Numbered from the stretch's first letter, positions 1 to 8,721 are shown. The stretch is 64,000 nucleotides of DNA from Candidatus Bathyarchaeota archaeon (GCA_050115965.1 JASFPN010000004.1:8544-72543); one strand, 5' to 3'. Notes: generated by a model from the sequence alone, not told the origin. Program-made: numbers and translations.

Positions 1-693
1 CTACACAAGGTTGAGGACCCAAGCAGATATGGAGTCGCTGAATTAGGAGATAGCAACAGAATAACGAGGTTTATCGAAAAACCTATTCCGAAAGAAGCTC
101 CAACTAACTTAATCAACGCTGGAATATACGTTCTAAGCCCTGAGATTTTTGATTATATTCCGAAGGAAAAACGAGTTTCTCTTGAAAGAGATGTTTTTCC
201 ATTGCTTGCAAAGAACCGAAAGCTCTACGGACATGTACATGATGGTTTATGGACAGATACGGGAAAACCAGAAGAATATCTAAAGGTGAACAAGATTCTA
301 CTAGATTCTCCACAACATTCACAAAAAACTCATCAATTGCATGGTAAAGGGAAAATTAAGAATCCCACAGCCATTGGCGAGGAAGTCCACGTTGGAGAGG
401 GATCATTGATTGGGCCCTATGCAGTTCTTGGTAGAAATGTCATAATCAAAAGAAACGTTCAGATCAAGGATTCTGTCATATTTTCAAATGTTGAAGTCCA
501 TAATGGTTCAATTATAGAAGGTGCAATAATCGGTGAAAACACAATTATCGGAAAGAAGGTTAGGATTAGAAAAGGATGTATTATTGGTGATAACGTAAAA
601 GTACGAGGTGATGTGTCACTTGCAGAGGGAGTTTCAATCTGCCCAGGAAAAGAGGTTTCCAACACAGTGCTAGAATCCTCCAACATAATCTAA
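1..693 (+). CDS. Sugar-1-phosphate nucleotidyltransferase with C-terminal left-handed beta-helix (GlmU/ST0452-like); 5' end outside window
   Basis: Frame 1 is open from nt 1 (LHKVEDPSRYGVAELGD...NAGIYVLSPEIF...GLWTDTGKPEEY, an NTP-transferase fold). Imperfect hexapeptide repeats follow (IGEEVHVGEGSLIGPYAVLGRNVIIKRNVQIKDSVIFSNVEV...). The listed ORF 202..693 is only the Met-initiated tail. Confidence 0.8.
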   Translation, partial: LHKVEDPSRYGVAELGDSNRITRFIEKPIPKEAPTNLINAGIYVLSPEIFDYIPKEKRVSLERDVFPLLAKNRKLYGHVHDGLWTDTGKPEEYLKVNKILLDSPQHSQKTHQLHGKGKIKNPTAIGEEVHVGEGSLIGPYAVLGRNVIIKRNVQIKDSVIFSNVEVHNGSIIEGAIIGENTIIGKKVRIRKGCIIGDNVKVRGDVSLAEGVSICPGKEVSNTVLESSNII

Positions 694-708
694 AAAGAGA
701 ACTTGATC

Positions 709-2085
709 ATGACTGGAAAAAAACGATTATTCGGAACAAACGGAATAAGGGGTGTCGTTAACGAAGAATTAACAATAGAAAAGACCATGAAAATTGGAGG
801 TGCAATAGGCACATTCTTCAAGAAAGGCACCCTCATAGTTGGATACGACGCTAGAACCAGTGGTCCAATGCTTGTGAAAGCGGTCATCTCAGGTCTCAAT
901 GCAGTAGGTTGCAACGTTATCCTAGCAGGGATGGCACCAACACCAGCTATACAATACGCTGCCAAAAAGAAAAAGGTAGACGGTGCAGTCATAGTGACTG
1001 CTTCACACAATCCACCACAGTATAACGGAATAAAGGTGATATGGAACGATGGAATCGAGATCTCGAGAAAACAAGAGGCACAAATTGAAAAAATATTCTT
1101 TGAAGACCTATTAGAGAAAGCAAAATGGCATAATCTAGGAAGAGTAAGTCAGCTTTCCACTGTGATTAATGAATACATACAGGGTGTAAAGCAACATATC
1201 AACACAACTGAAATTTTAGGTAAGGGTTATCACTTGGTAATCGACCCAGCAAATAGCGTGGGAGCCCTCGTGGCACCACGATTATCTCGGGAATTAGGGT
1301 GTAAAGTGACTACTATAAACGCTGACATTGATGGAACCTTTCCGGGAAGACTTCCGGAACCACACCCAGATAATCTTAAGACACTTGCATTAACGGTACA
1401 AGCAGTGAATGCGGACTTGGGAGTAGCGTTTGATGGAGACGCTGATCGCGCGATATTTGTTGATGAAAATGGTAAGGTTCATTGGGGAGACAGAACCTTC
1501 GCCTTAATTGAAAAATATTTCCTTGAGGATAACCCAAACGAAAAAATCGTCACTCCCGTAAGCTCATCAACACTAATCAAAGATGTTGCTGACCTTTATG
1601 AAAGTGAGATCATATGGACAAAGGTGGGAAGTGTAACTGTTTCGCACACTATGAAGAAGACAAAAGCGAAGTTGGGAGGAGAGGAGAATGGCGGTGTCTT
1701 CTATGGTCCCCATCAATCGGTGAGAGATGGAACTATGACAGTAGCATTGATCCTAGATATCATGACCAAGACTGATGAAAAACTTTCACGATTGCTTGAT
1801 AACCTTCCAAAATATTCAATTAAAAAGGGGATAGTGCACTGTGAACACGTTCTTAAAGGAAAGGTTCTTGAAGTGTTAATTAAAGAAACAAAAGGATTTA
1901 ATGTAAGCACTATTGATGGAGTGAAGATATGGTTTGATGATAAAAGTTCTATTCTGATGCGTCCAAGTGGAACGGAGCCAATCTACCGTTTATATGCAGA
2001 GGCGAAGATAGAAGATAGGGCTTCACAACTTGTTCAAGAATACAGCTTAAAACTTGAGAGGATAATTGATAAACTCAAGCATTGA
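709..2085 (+). CDS. glmM: Phosphoglucosamine mutase / phosphohexomutase
   Basis: Active-site Ser loop TASHNPPQYNGIK, Mg site FDGDADR, sugar loop GGEENGG, phosphate loop RPSGTEP. The ORF opens at TTG 703; the first ATG is at 709. Confidence 0.85.
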   Translation: MTGKKRLFGTNGIRGVVNEELTIEKTMKIGGAIGTFFKKGTLIVGYDARTSGPMLVKAVISGLNAVGCNVILAGMAPTPAIQYAAKKKKVDGAVIVTASHNPPQYNGIKVIWNDGIEISRKQEAQIEKIFFEDLLEKAKWHNLGRVSQLSTVINEYIQGVKQHINTTEILGKGYHLVIDPANSVGALVAPRLSRELGCKVTTINADIDGTFPGRLPEPHPDNLKTLALTVQAVNADLGVAFDGDADRAIFVDENGKVHWGDRTFALIEKYFLEDNPNEKIVTPVSSSTLIKDVADLYESEIIWTKVGSVTVSHTMKKTKAKLGGEENGGVFYGPHQSVRDGTMTVALILDIMTKTDEKLSRLLDNLPKYSIKKGIVHCEHVLKGKVLEVLIKETKGFNVSTIDGVKIWFDDKSSILMRPSGTEPIYRLYAEAKIEDRASQLVQEYSLKLERIIDKLKH

Positions 2086-2115
2086 ACATTTTTTTTGCAT
2101 TTGAAGGGGATCTAG

Positions 2116-3486
2116 ATGTCCACATCGATAATCGACATAAGATCAGAGGATCTAAATAGTGTTAGGAACCGGCGAAAACACAGTATTAGTATCATAGGTT
2201 GCGGAAAAATCAGCACCTTTCACGCGTATCTTTTCCTAAAAGTAGGATTCAGAGTTACATGTATAGGCAGAAATAAAGCAACAGTTGAACAACTGGTAAA
2301 AGGAGATATACCTTTTCTCAAACATGAAAATGTGCTCTTTCTCAGGAAGAACATTAAGATTGGACGTTTAGAGGTAACAAACAATTTAGAAGAAGCTGTT
2401 TCAAAAAGCGATGTCATAATTATACCCACAGAGTTGAAGATTGACGAAAAAAGAAAGGTGGATCACCTAAATACTGAGAGAAACTGTAGACGTGTAGGTT
2501 CAGCTCTCAAACGTGGTTCACTCGTCATTATTATTGGATTAACGACTCCGGAGGGCTTAATCAAGGATAGTTTAGAGAGTTCTTCAGGATTTATCGTTGG
2601 AACCCATTTTGGATTAGCGTATAGTCCCATAAGAAGAATCGAAAGAAAATCATTGGACAAATTGCTTAAATCTAGACGCATAGTAGCAGCCCAAGATAAC
2701 AGAAGCTTGAAAGCGGCCTCTACAATTCTAGACCTTATTACGGAGGATAGTGTTATTGAGACAGATAACTTTAGGAGTGCACAGATAGCGACCATCTTTG
2801 AGGCTGTACAGCAATATACAAACAAAGCCCTGTCCAATGAGTTTGCTAGTCTTTGTGAAAAGATAGGCATAGACTATCTACAGACTCTGAAGATTCTGGC
2901 TAAGGTTTCAGACGAATCACTTGTTTCTCCTGCTCTATCTCAAAATAACGTAAGTGAAGAGACACATCTATTATTACGGGAAGCAGAAGATGTTAACGTA
3001 AGGCTTAGGATTCTGGGAAGTACTATAGATGTCAACAAGGAATCATTGAAACATGCTGTAACATTAATTAGAGAAGCATTGAAAGACTGTGGAAAGAGTT
3101 TAAGAAGAGCACGAATCGTGCTACTAGGGGTCTCTAGCACACGTGATAGAAGAGATGTGCCTAAAAGTTCAGCGAAGAGACTTTTAGAGATTTTAAGAAA
3201 GAGAGGATGCAAAGTTAGCCTTTATGATCCATATTTTACAGAAAAAATGTTGATAGATTTAGGTTTCGAAGTCAAGAAAAGATTAGGTGATGCTGCAGAA
3301 GGAATGGATTGCCTAGTAATCCTTACCGGTCACACTCGATTTCAACGTCTTAGTTTTAAAAGATTGAGAATACTCGCAAAAATGCCTGCTGCTATCGTTG
3401 ATCTTGAAGGCGTTCTAGATCCAGAAAAGGTTGAAAAGAAGGGATTTGCATATCGTGGATTAGGTAGAGGAGTCTGGACTAAATGA
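2116..3486 (+). CDS. UDP-glucose/GDP-mannose dehydrogenase-family protein, highly divergent (possibly non-catalytic)
   Basis: Three-domain layout: N-terminal Rossmann ISIIGCGKIS, central helix NEFASLCEKIGIDY, C-terminal RIVLLGVSSTRD...LYDPY. I could not find the catalytic Cys loop (see findings). The stop overlaps the next start (ATGA at 3483-3486). Confidence 0.55.
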   Translation: MSTSIIDIRSEDLNSVRNRRKHSISIIGCGKISTFHAYLFLKVGFRVTCIGRNKATVEQLVKGDIPFLKHENVLFLRKNIKIGRLEVTNNLEEAVSKSDVIIIPTELKIDEKRKVDHLNTERNCRRVGSALKRGSLVIIIGLTTPEGLIKDSLESSSGFIVGTHFGLAYSPIRRIERKSLDKLLKSRRIVAAQDNRSLKAASTILDLITEDSVIETDNFRSAQIATIFEAVQQYTNKALSNEFASLCEKIGIDYLQTLKILAKVSDESLVSPALSQNNVSEETHLLLREAEDVNVRLRILGSTIDVNKESLKHAVTLIREALKDCGKSLRRARIVLLGVSSTRDRRDVPKSSAKRLLEILRKRGCKVSLYDPYFTEKMLIDLGFEVKKRLGDAAEGMDCLVILTGHTRFQRLSFKRLRILAKMPAAIVDLEGVLDPEKVEKKGFAYRGLGRGVWTK

Positions 3487-4439
3487 AAAAGCTGGGAGTT
3501 GCAGTTGTTGGAACAGGTTTCTGGGGTAAAAACCATGCAAGAGTCTACAGTGAATTAGAGGAAACAAAGTTACTGGCAGTTTGCGACATGGATTCAAATA
3601 AGGTTAATGAAGTCGCGAAAGAGTATGGTGCAGAACCATACACAAAGGTCGAAAAGATGTTGATGAGAGAAGACATCGAAGCTGTCAGTATCTGCACTTG
3701 GTCAACAAACTTGGCAGGAGAAGCCTTGAAAGCTTTGCAGAGAGGAAAACATGTCCTTGTGGAGAAGCCCATGTCTTACAAGGTTGAAGAAGCTGAGAAG
3801 CTTTTGAAGATCTCTGAGAGGGAAGAACTACACCTTACGGTAGGTTTTCTGATGAGGTTCATCCCGGGAGTTCAACAAATCAGAGATTCAATCGAAAAAA
3901 AGGAAATAGGGGATCTTGTATGTGCCACAGCAAAAAGGGTTTCCCAGTGGCCCGAAAGAATAGGTGACGTGGGAGTTGTCAAGGATTTAGCTATCCATGA
4001 CATAGACATCACTCGATATTTATTCGATGAAGAACCAATTGCTGTTTATGCCAAAACTGGAAGGATGAAACACAGAGAACACGAAGATTATGCTCAAATA
4101 ATGCTCACTTTTAAAGGTGGAAGAAACGCCTTTATAGAATCTAATTGGCTGACACCATATAAAACAAGGATACTGGTGGTTACTGGAAGTGAGGCCATAA
4201 TGAAGTTAGACTTCATTACTCAAGAATTAACGGTTGAGGACATAAGGTCAACGGTTCAACCTAGAACACCCTTAAAAGAACCTTTGAAACTTGAGCTTCG
4301 TCACTTCGCAAAATGCGTTTTAGGGAAAGCCAAACCGCTAATTACAGGAATGGATGGTTTAAAGGCTCTGAAAATTGCGGAAGCATCCCTAAAGTCTTCA
4401 AAAACTGGCAAAGTCGTCAAGCTAGATTATAGGTTCTAA
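3483..4439 (+). CDS. Gfo/Idh/MocA-family NAD(P)-dependent sugar oxidoreductase (WbpB-like context)
   Basis: N-terminal Rossmann VAVVGTGFWGKNHARVY and the family EKP motif (HVLVEKPM). 4-nt overlap with the upstream dehydrogenase-like gene. Confidence 0.8.
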   Translation: MKKLGVAVVGTGFWGKNHARVYSELEETKLLAVCDMDSNKVNEVAKEYGAEPYTKVEKMLMREDIEAVSICTWSTNLAGEALKALQRGKHVLVEKPMSYKVEEAEKLLKISEREELHLTVGFLMRFIPGVQQIRDSIEKKEIGDLVCATAKRVSQWPERIGDVGVVKDLAIHDIDITRYLFDEEPIAVYAKTGRMKHREHEDYAQIMLTFKGGRNAFIESNWLTPYKTRILVVTGSEAIMKLDFITQELTVEDIRSTVQPRTPLKEPLKLELRHFAKCVLGKAKPLITGMDGLKALKIAEASLKSSKTGKVVKLDYRF

Positions 4440-4771
4440 CCTTTTTTCTTAAGATTAAATGGTCTGCCTTTCTGAAGGATTTCCTTGGGAACCTGATCTT
4501 TCCACTTCTTAAGAAAAGGTAAATCTTCATGTTCCTTTCGCAATTCATCGGGTAGCATTTCAGGTATTTCATCTCTGATAGGATACCATCTTAAACACTT
4601 AGAACACACGATTAAGCCTGCTATAATTTCCTTTTCTTCCTTAAAGACCAAGAGATCAAGTGGATAGTGCTTGTCTATAGGACAAGCCAAGATATCAATC
4701 AGCTTCCTCTTCACTTGGCACTCCTCCAGAATAGTCATGTTCTTACTGTTTGGATAATAAAGTCTTTCCAT
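4436..4771 (-). CDS. Trm112-like zinc-ribbon protein with C-terminal extension
   Basis: Trm112/UPF0434-type core ILACPIDKHYPL...LIVCSKCLRWYPIRDEIPEMLPDE. The start is uncertain (ATG at 4846, 4771 or 4738). It lies directly downstream of the Trm5/Taw2-like gene on the same strand. Confidence 0.6.
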   Translation of the reverse strand: MERLYYPNSKNMTILEECQVKRKLIDILACPIDKHYPLDLLVFKEEKEIIAGLIVCSKCLRWYPIRDEIPEMLPDELRKEHEDLPFLKKWKDQVPKEILQKGRPFNLKKKG

Positions 4772-4852
4772 AAACGCGCCTTTTATTCTGCACGGGCTTA
4801 GTATTGATACCAGCGAATTAGTGAACATACTGAGCAAAGTCACCAATCTTTT

Positions 4853-5722
4853 TCATAATTGGTTGGCGCGTGCGGGATCAAAAATTTCTATGTCTAAGGC
4901 AACCTGATACCAGTTTGGTCCTGTCGTTCTGACAATTCGATGAAAAGGAATGTTGAAGGGTACCTTCATTTCCTCCATTTTTTTTATTACTTTTAATTTT
5001 AGTTTCTCTGCTGGATCTTCTTTTTTGGCATGGGTGGAACCATAATAGTGTATCCATCCGCCCTCTTTTTTAAGCGCAGATATGGCTGATGATAGATATT
5101 CGAAGGATTTTTCAGGTAATGGCATCAGAACTCTATCTCCGACCTTCGAAAATCTGTTTTCTATTATCTCTTTCGCATCTCCTTCAATTGCATCAACTTT
5201 TTTCCATAATCTATTTAGTCTAATGTTATCTCGCATGAAGGAGACAGCTAAAGGATTGATGTCGATGGAATAGATTTTTTGGGCTTTAGAATGATTAGCG
5301 ATGATTATAGAGTAACATCCCACCCCTGCAAACATGTTAATAATGATCTCCCCTTCTTTAACGAGCCCAGCAACCCTCATTCGCTCGTAGACTAATCTGG
5401 GAGAAAAATAGCATTTTGCTACGTCAACTAAAAAAAGACAGTCCGATTCCTTGTGTTTAGTGATTGTTTTCTTCTCTCCAGCAACGAATCCTAACTGTCT
5501 CAGGCGGAATCTTCCTGATATTGCTCCGGTTTGAGCCAGTACGGTCTTGATATTTTTATGTGTATTCATTATTGATTCAGCAATAATTTCACCGTGCTTT
5601 CTAGTGTCTTCTGAGGTTTTTATAATGGCTATCTCTCCAATAACATCGTAGGAATTGTAGATGTTGATTAACTCTTGATGTGAAAGCTGTTTAGAAAGGT
5701 GGCTTTTCAAACGTTTTTTCAA
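4853..5722 (-). CDS. Met-10+/Trm5-family SAM-dependent tRNA modification enzyme (Trm5 or Taw2)
   Basis: SAM loop INMFAGVGCYSIIIA, then IYSIDINP, then DRVLMPLPE at the position of the Trm5 NLP loop. At 289 aa it is Taw2-sized and has no Trm5b-type N-terminal D1 domain. TTG start at 5722; no nearby ATG. Confidence 0.75.
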   Translation of the reverse strand: MKKRLKSHLSKQLSHQELINIYNSYDVIGEIAIIKTSEDTRKHGEIIAESIMNTHKNIKTVLAQTGAISGRFRLRQLGFVAGEKKTITKHKESDCLFLVDVAKCYFSPRLVYERMRVAGLVKEGEIIINMFAGVGCYSIIIANHSKAQKIYSIDINPLAVSFMRDNIRLNRLWKKVDAIEGDAKEIIENRFSKVGDRVLMPLPEKSFEYLSSAISALKKEGGWIHYYGSTHAKKEDPAEKLKLKVIKKMEEMKVPFNIPFHRIVRTTGPNWYQVALDIEIFDPARANQL

Positions 5723-5796
5723 TGTGTGTTTCGGTTGAGTATAGCTCGCAAAACTTTTTAAAGTGGATCAATACTCGTTGTAGAAAGGGAGTTATT

Positions 5797-5967
5797 ATGT
5801 CTAGCGAAGCTATGCCAGGAGTCGTTTATGAATGTTTGAGATGTGGGGCTAAAGTTCCCTCTGGCGAGTTGGAACTTCGTGGTGGGGAAACCAAATGCAC
5901 CATTTGTGGTTATAGGGTCTTGAAGAAAATCAGACCTCCCGTTGTTAAGCGTGTATCGTCAGAATAG
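5797..5967 (+). CDS. rpoP: DNA-directed RNA polymerase subunit P (Rpo12)
   Basis: Zinc ribbon YECLRCGAKV...KCTICGYRVLKKIRPP. The ATG at 5797 lies inside the listed ORF 5722..5967 and gives a typical product of about 56 aa. Confidence 0.85.
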   Translation: MSSEAMPGVVYECLRCGAKVPSGELELRGGETKCTICGYRVLKKIRPPVVKRVSSE

Positions 5968-5995
5968 TCAGTCGTTTACTAACACTTATTGGTTC

Positions 5996-6008
5996 AAAAA
6001 AGAAAAAA
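5996..6008 (-). terminator. Oligo-T tract (minus strand CCTTTTTTCTTTTTTG) downstream of the Cys-rich ORF
   Basis: Two T5-6 runs begin 17 nt after the TAA stop at 6025-6027. Archaeal terminators are oligo-T tracts. Confidence 0.35.
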
Positions 6009-6024
6009 GGCGGAGATTAATGGT

Positions 6025-6366
6025 TTAGAAGATCTCTTTATCTCCAATTCTCCGAAGGGTCTTTCCCCGTATCTTCACAGGAGGACCAGTGACTTCTTCA
6101 GGTTGTTTATCCGCTGTCTTCCTTCGTACTGTTTCTCCACAGATTCCTCCTGGAAGGAGGCGTCGCTTTGAACATATAGCATAAGCACAGTTAGCGATGT
6201 TGCAGGCATCTTCTATCCATCTACACCAAACATCGTTTTGACGACGGATAAACGCCTTTTTAGCGCATCTAAACATGTTGCATGTTGGAGAACACTTTTT
6301 ATTTTGGGACATTATATCCATGACTCCCCTGCAATTCAATGTTGATAAAACCAATTGTCGGAGCAC
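6025..6366 (-). CDS. Hypothetical small cysteine-rich basic protein
   Basis: Nine Cys in roughly the first 80 residues (NCRG, KKCSPTC, FRCAKK, VWCRW, DACNIANCAYAIC, GICGE), then a basic tail (VRRKTADK...VKIRGKTLRRIGDK). A TATA-like TTTATAT lies about 40 nt upstream and an oligo-T tract downstream. No family recognised. Alternative starts at 6321 and 6312. Confidence 0.4.
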   Translation of the reverse strand: MLRQLVLSTLNCRGVMDIMSQNKKCSPTCNMFRCAKKAFIRRQNDVWCRWIEDACNIANCAYAICSKRRLLPGGICGETVRRKTADKQPEEVTGPPVKIRGKTLRRIGDKEIF

Positions 6367-6440
6367 TAATTCGTCAAGAATACCTTCATGAGCGCTGATA
6401 TAAAGCTTTTTCCCTGTAACTTCTTATTCTAACTCTAGCT

Positions 6441-8525
6441 TTAACTTTCATGAGACTTGAGACGTTTCCTACGAAAGAGTTCTATCACTATAAGAAGTAT
6501 AACAGCAGATATTATCACTAATGCTGTTGCTAAGTGGCTTGTTTCAATAAGCATTCCTCCCAAGAACAAGTATCTTGAGAGCTTCACTTCAATGGTCCTG
6601 GTTGAATCAACGAAGAATGTGGTTTGCATGGATGGTTGTGTCTCGTCATCGAGGTAAACAGAAACTTTCATTTCACTTCCACCGATAACGTCAGTGAAAA
6701 TGGCTACCCCATCATTTTTTGTCTGAACTATGCGTGGAATTAGTCCTTCTCTTTGCATTTCCACAAATAAATTCGGAATTGGTCGTCCGAAGAAATCTAC
6801 AACTCTGACGTCAACAGTCAATCCGTAGTATTGACAATTCACCAACAAACTTTGATTTTGAAAAAGGTCTATTACAGTCTCATTAAGCTTGAGGCCAGCT
6901 ACATAGATTTCAACTGTGTATCTACCAAAAGTGCATCCAAGCATAACTCTACCACTAGTTGTGTTCCCTTCATAATGTAGTCCACCCATTAACTCCTTTG
7001 TTGTTACCATAAAGGTATCTATAGAATTATGGTTTGCATCCGTGACATTGACATATAAAGTCCGCAGAGGACATAATAAAGTTACATTTATGTGTGCTTC
7101 AACTGATAGCCCCTGAAACGTATTGTTGTACTGATTGAATACTTCTCCATAACGTGAACCATTAATTACATAAGTAATGTTAGGAAGCAAAGAGGAGAAT
7201 TGACAGGTTCCCAGGATATTCGTCATTCTAAGGTCTGTTCCCGTCCGATTTTTGTTTCCACCGAGATCTGTAGTATAATTATAGCTAAGAGTTACAGAAA
7301 CCTCGGGAATACGCACATTTTTCGGGTCAACCACCTTGACATTTAAAGCATAGAGTTGACAGGAGATATTTACCGTTACACTTACATTTGAGATCGTAAA
7401 GTTCTTACGTCCAACTCTTACTTCTCTATAGAACGCTTCGCAAACATGAACACCTCTCTCAAGCACAAATTCAGCCAATCCATCTTCATCGCTTGTAACA
7501 TTTTGATAGTTTTTGGCGTTTACGTCATAAACGTTAACAAATATTTCAGATATACGAGTATCAGCCAAGTTTTGAGTGTAGATGCTTGCGTTAAAGCCGG
7601 GAATTTCAAAGTCTTGATTGTCACTTGCTCCTTCTTTAGAGTCTGGAGTTGGGGAAATATCAACTGTGTAGTTTCCAATAGACGAATTTTCAGGAATCAA
7701 CCAGTTCATCTCAATCAACGTGCCAGTAACATTTACTGTTATTAAATCCACAGTCTCACCATGGAAGCTAATGGTTATGTTGACCTCACTGTTAGGCTGA
7801 TAGTCAACTGCCCTTACGTTAACAAGGTCTCCTCTGTGGTACTCGCTAGAGTTCGTCAATCCTATGAAAAATTCATCTATCACTGTTTCGTTCCATAGAA
7901 CTAAGTATTTCCCAGTAAAGTTGGTGTTTGCCCCAACTGAAAACTGGGTTGGATATATGAAACTCCCGTTGTAACTGCCTAAATTAGATGTGGATATGTT
8001 GCCAACAGCCTCATAAGACATGTTGGCTGGTGGAGGTTCTACTTTGATGTTGCGCGCAGAGTAAGTGTAATTCGTCTTTCCTCCTGTTATTTCCACAGAT
8101 ATTTCAATTGTATCATTTTCCTGAAGCTGAATAGGATGTTGTGGAGTATCCGGTCGTAACACGTATGATGGCTTTACAGTAAATAGGGTAGTGTTTTGTT
8201 CTCCTGTGTCTATGTCAAGTAACGATATCTCATAATCTCCTTCAGGTCTTTCAGGAATAATGATTGAATGATTTACAGTGTGTAAATCAGCAGATCCACT
8301 CCCTACTTCTTCTGTGTCAAAGTCTATTCTGTATGTTCCATTCTGTGTTGATATGTTACCTATTATCTGCACCGTTGTCTTGACATATCCTGATGTAGGA
8401 ACTATTGACAGATTCACTGTATCAGCTCTTACTGAAGGAAGCAGATCAATTGTGATTAATACAGAAGTAAGAATAAGCGCGGTGATTAGTATTGGTTTGA
8501 TCCTTAACGTCGAGAGTTTTGCCAA
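6441..8525 (-). CDS. Secreted, heavily N-glycosylatable cell-surface (S-layer-like) protein with C-terminal membrane anchor
   Basis: N-terminal signal peptide (KPILITALILTSVLITIDLLPSVRA/DT). About 32 N-x-S/T sequons by my count. Repeated beta-rich modules resemble carboxypeptidase-regulatory/Ig-like domains. C-terminal TM helix plus basic tail (ATALVIISAVILLIVIELFRRKRLK). TTG start. Confidence 0.7.
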   Translation of the reverse strand: MAKLSTLRIKPILITALILTSVLITIDLLPSVRADTVNLSIVPTSGYVKTTVQIIGNISTQNGTYRIDFDTEEVGSGSADLHTVNHSIIIPERPEGDYEISLLDIDTGEQNTTLFTVKPSYVLRPDTPQHPIQLQENDTIEISVEITGGKTNYTYSARNIKVEPPPANMSYEAVGNISTSNLGSYNGSFIYPTQFSVGANTNFTGKYLVLWNETVIDEFFIGLTNSSEYHRGDLVNVRAVDYQPNSEVNITISFHGETVDLITVNVTGTLIEMNWLIPENSSIGNYTVDISPTPDSKEGASDNQDFEIPGFNASIYTQNLADTRISEIFVNVYDVNAKNYQNVTSDEDGLAEFVLERGVHVCEAFYREVRVGRKNFTISNVSVTVNISCQLYALNVKVVDPKNVRIPEVSVTLSYNYTTDLGGNKNRTGTDLRMTNILGTCQFSSLLPNITYVINGSRYGEVFNQYNNTFQGLSVEAHINVTLLCPLRTLYVNVTDANHNSIDTFMVTTKELMGGLHYEGNTTSGRVMLGCTFGRYTVEIYVAGLKLNETVIDLFQNQSLLVNCQYYGLTVDVRVVDFFGRPIPNLFVEMQREGLIPRIVQTKNDGVAIFTDVIGGSEMKVSVYLDDETQPSMQTTFFVDSTRTIEVKLSRYLFLGGMLIETSHLATALVIISAVILLIVIELFRRKRLKSHES

Positions 8526-8663
8526 ACTGGTCCCTCATTGATTTGACTTAGTGAACAGTTCTAACATCAAGATCATTTTAAACTTTGTCTTTGTATTCTG
8601 CTCATTAATTTTGGTGTACATTCCGGTTTTTTTACTTATCATATACGTGAATGAGAAATATGT

Positions 8664-8680
8664 CGTGCACTCCTTGCACG
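8664..8680. promoter_or_regulatory. Perfect 6-bp inverted repeat CGTGCA-n5-TGCACG abutting the TATA element of the GT2 gene
   Basis: Read directly: cgtgca c tcct tgcacg. It lies in the divergent intergenic region between the surface-protein gene and the GT2 gene, at a BRE-proximal position. Confidence 0.25.
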
Positions 8681-8682
8681 TG

Positions 8683-8692
8683 ATATTTAAAT
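8683..8692 (+). promoter_or_regulatory. TATA-like element (ATATTTAAAT) for the GT2 gene
   Basis: Centred about 34 nt upstream of ATG 8722. This fits an archaeal TATA at about -26 with a short or absent leader. Confidence 0.4.
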
Positions 8693-8721
8693 CAGCCAGA
8701 GAGGATTAAAAGTTTTTAGTA

